Source of the DNA: Clostridia bacterium
Lineage (GTDB): Bacteria; Bacillota; Clostridia; Christensenellales; CAG-138
Assembly: GCA_017448545.1 (NCBI GenBank)
Contig: JAFSLH010000025.1
Location: forward strand, 1,262 to 65,261
Direction of reading: 5' to 3'
DNA length: 64,000 bases
Shown piece by piece: positions 56,496 to 64,000 of the stretch (within the stretch, counting starts at the first letter, position 1; every line of letters begins with the position of its first letter). Below the pieces are notes generated by a model. It was not told the origin of the DNA. It saw only the letters and a program-made list of their open reading frames with translations, and did no database searches. The position numbers and the translations under genes are program-made.

Positions 56496-57824
56496 ATGTT
56501 TACTAAAATTTCATTAAAAAATTTCCGCTCTTTTGATAGTATCGTTTTTGATCTATCAGAAAACAAGAGCGCGAAAACAATGGCTTTGATATATGGTGAA
56601 AACGGTTCGGGAAAAACAAACCTTCTTCTTGCATTTAGTTTTTTAAATGAGCTGCTGCAAACGATGAATATACGCGATAGATATGAAGCTCTGCTTAGCA
56701 GATCTATCGATTTCAATAATGACGAGCTAAACAAACTATGGAAAGAGCAAATTCTCTCTGATATGAGAGATATTAAGGCTATTATTCAAGAGTATCATAT
56801 GGTTGACTCAGACGAACCAATGGTTGCTGAATATGAGTTTATTATCCATGGTAATATTGGCTTATACCATGTCGAAATAGACAAACAAGAAATAATCAAT
56901 GAACGTTTGGAATATAAATTGAATCAAAGACGAGGAGTATATTTTGATTGTCGCAAAGGATCCTTGAATATCAATCGAGGGATCATTAAAGATCCTGATT
57001 TTCTACAGGATGTTAAGTCTGCTGCAAAACGTTTCTGGGGAAAACACACCTTGCTTTCTATTTTGATGCATGAGTCTTATGATAAATCCGTATCTTATGG
57101 TCAAGAGAACATTGCCGAAAACTTGACATTAGTACTAAATGAAATGTATTCAATTTCAAGTAATAAGGGAAGAGAAAAATTATTTTGGGATGTTTCTTTT
57201 GCACCGATTAGTATCTTGGATTCACCAATATCAGGGAGGATACGGAATGAGCAGCAAGAGCAATTAACTCTTGCAGAAGAAGTATTATCTCGCTTTTTCG
57301 CTTCGATTAACTCAAACATTAAGCGAGTTAAATATCTAACTAATCTTACGGATAAATATGTTGAATATAAATTGTACATGGAAAAAATGATATCAGGAAC
57401 ATATCGGTTAATTGATTTTGACAAGGAATCAAACGGGAATCATCAGTTAGTTTATTTACTGTGTCAACTATTGATTGCGTGTATCGGATATACTGTTGTT
57501 TTAGATGAACCGGATGCATCAATCCATGATGTTCTGTTTAAGAAAATAATACAGGAAATACAAAGCGAGATTACTGGTCAACTGATATTAACGACGCACA
57601 ATACAATGCTAATGGAATCAAATATAGGAAGGAATTCCATTTATATTCTTTCAGAAACAGAAGATGGTCATAGCAAGATACAGTGTATTTCCGATTATGA
57701 TAAACGAACATATTTAGGGAATAATATTAGAAATAAGTATCTAAACAATGAGTATCGAGGAATCCCGATTGTTCAGGAAATTAGATTTGGTGAATTGGTT
57801 CATAAACTTATAGAATTATTATAG
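56496..57824 (+). CDS. AAA_21 ABC-like ATPase (RloA/AbiL-like)
   Basis: LKNFRSF, IYGENGSGKTN, ESNGN, LDEPDASIH, TTHN; AT-rich. Confidence 0.85.
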   Translation: MFTKISLKNFRSFDSIVFDLSENKSAKTMALIYGENGSGKTNLLLAFSFLNELLQTMNIRDRYEALLSRSIDFNNDELNKLWKEQILSDMRDIKAIIQEYHMVDSDEPMVAEYEFIIHGNIGLYHVEIDKQEIINERLEYKLNQRRGVYFDCRKGSLNINRGIIKDPDFLQDVKSAAKRFWGKHTLLSILMHESYDKSVSYGQENIAENLTLVLNEMYSISSNKGREKLFWDVSFAPISILDSPISGRIRNEQQEQLTLAEEVLSRFFASINSNIKRVKYLTNLTDKYVEYKLYMEKMISGTYRLIDFDKESNGNHQLVYLLCQLLIACIGYTVVLDEPDASIHDVLFKKIIQEIQSEITGQLILTTHNTMLMESNIGRNSIYILSETEDGHSKIQCISDYDKRTYLGNNIRNKYLNNEYRGIPIVQEIRFGELVHKLIELL

Positions 57825-58169
57825 GCATCAAGGCATCTGTCAAATCGGCAGATGTCTTTTTTTGCTCTGAAATAAAATATATCATTTTCTTGTGGAACAT
57901 TTGTATAGACTTGTCCTGTTTCAATGTGTAAGCGATCGCCGATCGGGTGGGATGACCGATCCGATTCTTACAGAAACTACTCCCACCGTTCACGGTTCAT
58001 GGGATGGAAACTGCGGATGCGTGGAGACCGGAGGTGAAAATGAAAAGAACAGTATCGCACCGGAAACGGGAAGTGAACCAAAGGGACAAGAACAGAATAG
58101 GACGCAATCTTGGGAGTCGGTCGTTTGATCGGCTTTTTTCTTTTGCCGTCCGGAAAGGAGGAACCCGAA

Positions 58170-59165
58170 ATGAGTGAATTGAAGCTCAAACCGTTAAGCA
58201 CGGTACAGCCGCAGTCGGTGGAATGGCTGTGGTATCCGTACATTCCGTTCGGTAAGGTCACGATCCTGCAGGGTGATCCCGGCGAGGGCAAGACGATGCT
58301 CATGCTGCATCTGATCGCCGATCTGACAAGGGGCAGAAACCTTTGGGAGCAGGAAGAACCGAATGCGCCTATGACCTGCATCTATCAGACTGCGGAGGAC
58401 GGCATTGCAGATACGATCGTTCCGCGTTTGGTCGCAATGGACGCCGATCTTGACAAGGTTGTGGTGATCGACGAGGAAGATGCTTTGCTGTCCTTTACGG
58501 ACGACCGGCTCGAACAGGCGATTCTTGCAACCGGCGCGCTGCTGCTGGTACTCGATCCGCTGCAGGCGTACCTCGGCGCGGACGTCGATATGCATCGTGC
58601 AAATGAAGTGCGTCCGGCATTTCATGTGCTGTCGAACATCGCACAGAGGACAGGCTGTGCGATCGTTTTGATCGGGCACATGAACAAGATGAAAGGCATC
58701 GGCAGTCTGTACCGCGGGCTAGGTTCGATCGACATTGCCTGTGCGGCGCGGAGCATTCTGCTCGTCTGCAAACCGGACAAGAAACGGGACGAAGTGTATC
58801 TCGCCCATGTGAAGACGAACATCGGTCCCATGGGCGAAACCATGGTGTTCGTCCGGGACGATGATCGCACGGAATACATCGGTACCTGCGACGATACTGC
58901 GGACGATTTGTTGTCCGGCGGTAAGGGCGAAGAAGCGGAAACCATGTCGAAGGTTACAAGAGCGACACTGTACCTGCAGGAGCTCGCGCAGCAATGCGAC
59001 GAGATGCCGAGTACAGACGTGTACGCATGGATGCTGCAGAAGGGCATTTCCAAGCGCACGACGGAAGAAGCGAAGAAACTGCTCGGCATTGCTTCCATTC
59101 GGCGCGGTAACCAATGCTTCTTCGATCTCAAACCGCCGCAGCTTCCGCAATTGGAAGAAGCGTAA
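58170..59165 (+). CDS. AAA_25 RecA/RepA-like ATPase (replication helper)
   Basis: VEWLWYPYIPFGKVTILQGDPGEGKT, AEDG, LDPLQAY, GHMNK, GSID. Confidence 0.9.
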   Translation: MSELKLKPLSTVQPQSVEWLWYPYIPFGKVTILQGDPGEGKTMLMLHLIADLTRGRNLWEQEEPNAPMTCIYQTAEDGIADTIVPRLVAMDADLDKVVVIDEEDALLSFTDDRLEQAILATGALLLVLDPLQAYLGADVDMHRANEVRPAFHVLSNIAQRTGCAIVLIGHMNKMKGIGSLYRGLGSIDIACAARSILLVCKPDKKRDEVYLAHVKTNIGPMGETMVFVRDDDRTEYIGTCDDTADDLLSGGKGEEAETMSKVTRATLYLQELAQQCDEMPSTDVYAWMLQKGISKRTTEEAKKLLGIASIRRGNQCFFDLKPPQLPQLEEA

Positions 59166-59369
59166 GACAACAACGCCGCAAAATGGTGGGTACGAGTTTT
59201 GCGGTGTTGTTGCGTGGCGGCAGAATCGAAACCTTGAGGGAGCAAGGTTGCCGCTGCCGACACTCGCGGACGGAAGAAACGTGCGAAAAGCGCGGTTCGA
59301 CGCCGTCCGCAGAGGCTGACGAGAACGGTCAAACACCGTTATACGGCAGCCGAAAAGCTCCCTGCAAGG

Positions 59370-59405
59370 GCACACGACCTACCGTGTAGGTCTAGTGTGT
59401 TATAC
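59370..59405 (+). promoter_or_regulatory. pMV158-type oriT
   Basis: GCACAC-GACCTAC-CGT-GTAGGTC-TAGTGTGTTATAC; matches MOBV nic consensus TAGTGTG/TTA, upstream of MobV. Confidence 0.85.
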
Positions 59406-59767
59406 TGCTCGGCGAAGTCAAAGGATTTCTTCGGGATAAGGGATGGATTTCGAGCAGTCGCCGCCGCGGGAGGACGGTTCACAGTGCGAACCTCCGATCG
59501 CGGCATGAGCAGAGCAGTATTCTTTCCCCCGCGAGGGTGAGAACTACACCGCAAACGGCGCACTCCATACTTGCGGCGTTGTTCTGCATCGACCGTAGCG
59601 CTGCCATGCAGCACAGCGTTATGGTACATCTTTTTGCTGCAAATACAAATGTACAAACACAGAAAGGAAATCAAATCAATGCTGAAACAGCATACCAATC
59701 AAATCACCGTTGTGCATATCCTTCGGGATATGTTTTTGAACCACACCTGCCGAAAGGAGGAGACCGT

Positions 59768-60766
59768 ATGCCCTACGCGATCCTGAGATTTCAGAAGGCG
59801 CAAGCCGGCGGCGTTGCCGGACGCGACCGTCACAACGAACGGAAAAAGGACGAATACAAGAGCAATCCGAACATCGACCGATCCAAGTCGGAACAGAACT
59901 ATCACCTGATCGAGCCGTCCGGCAAGTACAAGCAATGCTGCATGGATCGTATCCAAGCGGTCGGAGCACGAACACGATCCAACAGTGTAATCATGGTCGA
60001 AGCGCTGATCACCACGTCTCCGGAGGTCATGGAAAAACTGAATAGCTCCGAGCAGCGGCAGTTCTTTGAAAGGGCTGCCGCTTTCCTGTACGAGCGGATC
60101 GGCAAAGAGAACGTGATCTCGGCGGTCGTTCACATGGACGAGAAAACGCCGCACATGCACTTCTGCTTCGTACCGATTACAAAAGACGGAAGATTGTCCG
60201 CAAAGGAAGTCCTCGGCAACAAAGCCGCGTTCAGCAAGTGGCAGGATGATTTCTACGATCGGATGCATGGCTTCTACCCGGAACTGGAACGCGGCTTGCC
60301 TGCCGCGATCACCGGACGCAAGCACATCCCACCGTATCTGTTCCGTTCGGCTGAGAACGTCAGCAAATCGTATGACGCGATCAGCAAAGCGATCTCGGAC
60401 ATCAATATCTTCAATGCGGGCAAGAAACGAGAGGAAGCGATCCGTGCGATCGGTCGGTATCTGCCCGATTGCTACAAGCTGATCGAGCAAAGCAAGAGCA
60501 TCGACGGGTATGTCACAGAACTCGAGCAAAAGCTTGCCGATCAGAAGAAAGACACAGCTTTTGAGTCGCAGCGTGTACGGAATCGGGAACAGCAAATCCG
60601 TATGCTGAACGAACAGTTATACGAGCACGAACAGGATCTGAAGAAACTGCAAAGGGAGCGCGACAAGGCGCAGAAGATCGTAGATGCGATCCCTGCCGAT
60701 GTACGCGCCGAAATCGACAAATCCATGAAAAAGAAAGGAGCCAAGCGTTATGACTATGAACGATAA
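59768..60766 (+). CDS. mobV: MobV (Mob_Pre) relaxase
   Basis: YAILRF.K, HNER, NPNID..S..NY, SAVVHMDEKTPHMH, coiled-coil C-terminus. Confidence 0.92.
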   Translation: MPYAILRFQKAQAGGVAGRDRHNERKKDEYKSNPNIDRSKSEQNYHLIEPSGKYKQCCMDRIQAVGARTRSNSVIMVEALITTSPEVMEKLNSSEQRQFFERAAAFLYERIGKENVISAVVHMDEKTPHMHFCFVPITKDGRLSAKEVLGNKAAFSKWQDDFYDRMHGFYPELERGLPAAITGRKHIPPYLFRSAENVSKSYDAISKAISDINIFNAGKKREEAIRAIGRYLPDCYKLIEQSKSIDGYVTELEQKLADQKKDTAFESQRVRNREQQIRMLNEQLYEHEQDLKKLQRERDKAQKIVDAIPADVRAEIDKSMKKKGAKRYDYER

Positions 60767-61652
60767 AAAGAAAGCACCGAAGCCGGTTTTGATCCCTTTG
60801 GACAAGCTGCATCCGTTCCCCGATCATCCGTATAAGGTGAAAGACAACGAGGAAATGGATCGGCTGGTCAACAGCATTCTAGAGCACGGCATCCTGACGC
60901 CGATCCTTGCGCGTCCGATCGAAAACACGGACGGTGAGCTTGAGATACTTTCCGGGCATCGCCGCTGCCACGCGGCAAAGAGAGCTTTTCTTTCCGCCGT
61001 ACCGACGATTGTGTGTGCGCTCACCCGTGATGAAGCCGCGGTTTTAGTCGTGGACAGTAATCTCCACCGGGAACGGTTGTTACCGTCCGAGAAAGCAAAA
61101 GCGTACAAGCTGAAATTCGATGCGTTGAAGCACCAAGGGCGATACGACTATATTTTCGGCAACGACACTTCGGGACAAGTTGTCCCGAAGCCGGATGATC
61201 GGCGGACGTCAGCGTTGATCGGCGAAGCAATGGGCGAAAGCTACAAAACTGTGGATCGCTACATCCGGCTCACGGAACTGATCCCGGACCTCATGTCGTT
61301 GGTGGATTCCGGCAGAATCGCCTTCTCGGTAGGTGTGGAGCTTTCCTACCTGAACGAAGAACAGCAGCATGAGATCAGTCTCGACGCGGAGGTGTGGGAA
61401 CGGACGCCGTCCTATTCACAGGCGGTTCGGATGCACAAGGAGCAGAACCTCGGCACGCTGACGATCGAGCGGATGCAGGAGATCATGAACGAGGACAAGC
61501 CGAATCAGAAGGAGCATCTGTCCCTCCCGATGGAGCGCATCTCCAAGTACATCCCCAAGGGCTATACGCCAAAACAGGCACAGGAATACGTCGAAAACGT
61601 ACTGGAACAGGCGTATAAGCGCCGGATGCGTTCCCGTGAGGAGGAGCGATAA
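60750..61652 (+). CDS. ParB/RepB/Spo0J family protein
   Basis: LHPFPDHPY, GILTPILARP, SGHRR, DSNLHRE.LLPSEKA, RYIRLT.L. Confidence 0.9.
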   Translation: MTMNDKKKAPKPVLIPLDKLHPFPDHPYKVKDNEEMDRLVNSILEHGILTPILARPIENTDGELEILSGHRRCHAAKRAFLSAVPTIVCALTRDEAAVLVVDSNLHRERLLPSEKAKAYKLKFDALKHQGRYDYIFGNDTSGQVVPKPDDRRTSALIGEAMGESYKTVDRYIRLTELIPDLMSLVDSGRIAFSVGVELSYLNEEQQHEISLDAEVWERTPSYSQAVRMHKEQNLGTLTIERMQEIMNEDKPNQKEHLSLPMERISKYIPKGYTPKQAQEYVENVLEQAYKRRMRSREEER

Positions 61653-61654
61653 CG

Positions 61655-61927
61655 ATGCAGACAACCGAAATCAAGATGCTCCGAAATATGGAGCAGCAGG
61701 ATCAGGAATACGTTGTCAACGGGGTGCGATATATCGTCGCATCCCGTTTCCTCCCGTTCCACCCGAAGAAGGAGAAGCCGATCTTCTTGCGGGATCGGCT
61801 CGAACACCACCTGACCGCATTCGCGGCAGAATTGACAGCGGAGACAGAACCATCTACGATAACGTCGGAATGTGTATGTACGGCTGTCGGAAAGGAGGCA
61901 TATGCAGCCGAAAAAGAAAAAGGTTGA
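61655..61927 (+). CDS. Small hypothetical protein preceding recombinase (TnpW-like or excision factor candidate)
   Basis: GAGGAG RBS; YVVNGVRYIVASRF; overlaps recombinase start. Confidence 0.5.
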   Translation: MQTTEIKMLRNMEQQDQEYVVNGVRYIVASRFLPFHPKKEKPIFLRDRLEHHLTAFAAELTAETEPSTITSECVCTAVGKEAYAAEKEKG

Positions 61928-63599
61928 GGGCATCACCGCCCTTTACTGCCGTTTGTCGAAGGACGACGGACAGGACGCTGAGAGCAATTCGATCTCGAAT
62001 CAGAAACAGTTCCTTGAACAAAAGGCACGAGAGTATGGGCTTTCGGACACACGCTACTATGTGGACGACGGATATACAGGTACCAATTTCAATCGTCCCG
62101 GCTTCCAGAAGATGCTGGAGGACATTGAGCTCGGATACGTTACGACAGTCATGGTGAAAGACCTTTCCCGTCTCGGACGCCATTACGTGGAGGTCGGCAA
62201 CTACACGGACACCTACTTCCCGGAACACGATGTGCGGTTCATCGCGGTCAACGATATGGTGGACTCTGACGAGGGCGAAAATGAGCTGGCGCCGTTTCGC
62301 AACGTCATGAACGAAATGTACGCCCGTGATATTTCCCGCAAGATCCGGTGTTCGCACCGCCTGCGTGGAAATATGGGTGAGCCGCTGTCGCAGCCGCCCT
62401 ACGGGTACATGAAATCGCCGGAGAACAAGAAAAAGTGGATCATAGATCCGGAGCCCGCCGAGGTTGTCAAAACGATCTTTCGGTTGACATTGGAAGGTAA
62501 CGGCCTTGAAACAGTCGCCCATATTATGAGCGATCGGCAGATCCCGATCCCTATGGCGTATTGGTTCAGCAAAGGTCTTCCCCGTGGTGGGAAACGTCCG
62601 CAGAGTGAACCATATCATTGGCGGACGAGCGGCGTCAGCCAGATCCTTCGGAATCAGGAGTATTGCGGGGACATCGTGAACTTCAAGACGTATTCCAAAT
62701 CGTTCAAGAACAAGAAACGGATCGAGAATTCCGAGGAAAATTGGGTGATCTTCCGCGACGTCCACGAGCCGATCATTGACCGGGAGACGTTTGAACTGGT
62801 GCAGCGCAAGCTGTCCAGGACGAAGCGACGCAAGCCAAAGCCGGAGAACGGAGAAAAGAATATCTTTTCCGATCTCCTCGTCTGTGCAGACTGCGGGAAA
62901 AAACTGTGGTTTCACACAAATACGAACAACCCCGATATTCACTTCTTCTCATGTTCCAATTATGAGAAAGATTATCGGGGGACATGCAAGACGCGACATT
63001 ATCTCCGGGCCGATGCGATCGAACAGATTGTCACCAATGAGTTGAAACGACTTGCCGCACTGCTCGAATGTGATGAAAAAGCGTTTGCAGCACTTCTTCA
63101 GCAGCAGTCAGGCAAGGAGCAGCAGGAGGAACGAAAACGGATTGAATCCGATCTCACGAAAGCGTCCTCCCGAAGTGAACAGCTTGTAACGCTGTATGAG
63201 AAGCTTTACGAGGATAACCTTGCCGGGAAAGTGACGGATGAATGGTTTTCCCAGCTTTCGCAGAAGTATGATCGGGAACGGTTAGAACTGAAAGCGAGGA
63301 TCGCGGAAAACCGCATTCGCCTGAACAATCTGGAACTGCAAAGGCGCGGCACGGAACTGTTCACCGCGGCGATCCGGAAGTTCATGGAAATGGAAACGCT
63401 GACAGCGCCGCTACTGTGGGAACTGATCGACCACATCGATGTGTATGAAGCAGAAGGCACTGGCAAGAACCGGACGCAGCGCATCTGTATCTGTTACCGG
63501 TTTGTCGGGTATCTCGAAGTGCCGGTTCCGGACGATGTGCTGCTCGCGCTCGATATGCGCCGCGGCGTTCGCGTGAACTACACCTCAAAAGCGGTGTGA
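61902..63599 (+). CDS. Large serine recombinase (TnpX-like, DUF4368 tail)
   Basis: LYCRLS, SISNQ, DDGYTGTNFNRPGF, VKDLSRLGR, PPYGY, HEPIID, C.DCG zinc ribbon, I.YRFVG. Confidence 0.95.
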   Translation: MQPKKKKVEGITALYCRLSKDDGQDAESNSISNQKQFLEQKAREYGLSDTRYYVDDGYTGTNFNRPGFQKMLEDIELGYVTTVMVKDLSRLGRHYVEVGNYTDTYFPEHDVRFIAVNDMVDSDEGENELAPFRNVMNEMYARDISRKIRCSHRLRGNMGEPLSQPPYGYMKSPENKKKWIIDPEPAEVVKTIFRLTLEGNGLETVAHIMSDRQIPIPMAYWFSKGLPRGGKRPQSEPYHWRTSGVSQILRNQEYCGDIVNFKTYSKSFKNKKRIENSEENWVIFRDVHEPIIDRETFELVQRKLSRTKRRKPKPENGEKNIFSDLLVCADCGKKLWFHTNTNNPDIHFFSCSNYEKDYRGTCKTRHYLRADAIEQIVTNELKRLAALLECDEKAFAALLQQQSGKEQQEERKRIESDLTKASSRSEQLVTLYEKLYEDNLAGKVTDEWFSQLSQKYDRERLELKARIAENRIRLNNLELQRRGTELFTAAIRKFMEMETLTAPLLWELIDHIDVYEAEGTGKNRTQRICICYRFVGYLEVPVPDDVLLALDMRRGVRVNYTSKAV

Positions 63600-63650
63600 C
63601 GAAATCCCTCCGAATTGCCCGACACTCCTTTTCGGAAGGTAGAAAGAAAT

Positions 63651-63716
63651 CGAGTGGTGATAACTCAAATCCGTTATCACCACTCGACATGGCAATAGAC
63701 CGAATGATTGATACAA
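63651..63716. repeat. Right att site
   Basis: CGAGTGGTGATAAC..TCCGTTATCACCACTCG-ACATGG then unrelated CAATAGACCG.. Confidence 0.8.
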
Positions 63717-63744
63717 GGTGCATTTTTGCGGGATCGGGTGCGCT

Positions 63745-63999
63745 TTAGAACACCCATCCTTCTTCTACACACAGCTCAGTAATACTCATTGTTTTAATTC
63801 CGTAGTCTTTACTGACAATCGGAATCTTATTCTGTTTATCCTTCTTTTCTTCAGTTATTATCGTAAGGTTGTATTTCATCGCAGTTGCAATCAAGAATGC
63901 ATCCCCGGATGATGATCCTTTTCCTCCGGAAAAACTAATCATTTTGGGATGTTCAGTCACTATTCTCCTAACATTTCTTTGTATTTCGTCGTCAATCGG
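63745..63999 (-). CDS. DUF4411-like PIN-domain protein, C-terminal part (5' truncated)
   Basis: Frame open to window edge (PIDDEIQRNVRRIVTEHP..); GDAFLIATA....TIITEE...KIP; AT-rich. Confidence 0.7.
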   Translation of the reverse strand, partial: PIDDEIQRNVRRIVTEHPKMISFSGGKGSSSGDAFLIATAMKYNLTIITEEKKDKQNKIPIVSKDYGIKTMSITELCVEEGWVF

Positions 64000-64000
64000 A

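Larger units (their letters stand above)
39915..63692. mobile_element. Integrative mobilizable element (~23.8 kb; serine recombinase, MobV)
   Basis: Matching att arms at both ends with ACxTGG core; recombinase, MobV plus oriT, AAA_25, ParB, TnpV; abrupt shift to AT-rich DNA at left border. Confidence 0.85.

Noticed and set aside
58040-58177. 45-codon ORF with GGAGG RBS overlapping the AAA_25 start
   Set aside because: No recognisable motif; cannot be distinguished from chance

Overview
High-GC Firmicutes (Clostridia-like) chromosomal segment; no rRNA, tRNA or CRISPR array seen. Bases 1-39.9 kb are mostly core genes: GH3/MFS sugar operon, tldD/pmbA, thyA, leuS, lgt, CapA, an amino-acid ABC importer with a YerC/HisR-type repressor and operator, NlpC/P60, M18 and C69 peptidases, a heterodimeric ABC exporter, LCP and nagB. 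The intergenic gaps carry families of REP-like palindromes, and there is a two-gene unit encoding a repeat-containing lipoprotein-like peptide and a radical SAM/SPASM enzyme. Bases ~39.9-63.7 kb form a ~23.8 kb integrative mobilizable element bounded by recognisable att half-sites. Its backbone is a large serine recombinase, MobV relaxase with a pMV158-type oriT, AAA_25 Rep-like protein, ParB and TnpV. Its cargo is a two-component system with three identically spaced operator/promoter modules, paralogous lipoproteins with an ABC exporter, and AT-rich candidate defence genes (Ser/Thr kinase, orphan AAA_21 ATPase, YjzC plus Cas2-like pair). Best leads: the rSAM/repeat-lipoprotein pair, the att architecture suggesting tandem accretion, the TCS regulon with its lipoprotein cassette array, and the bipartite AATTCAC-hairpin elements. 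Family assignments come from motif recognition only; no searches were run.
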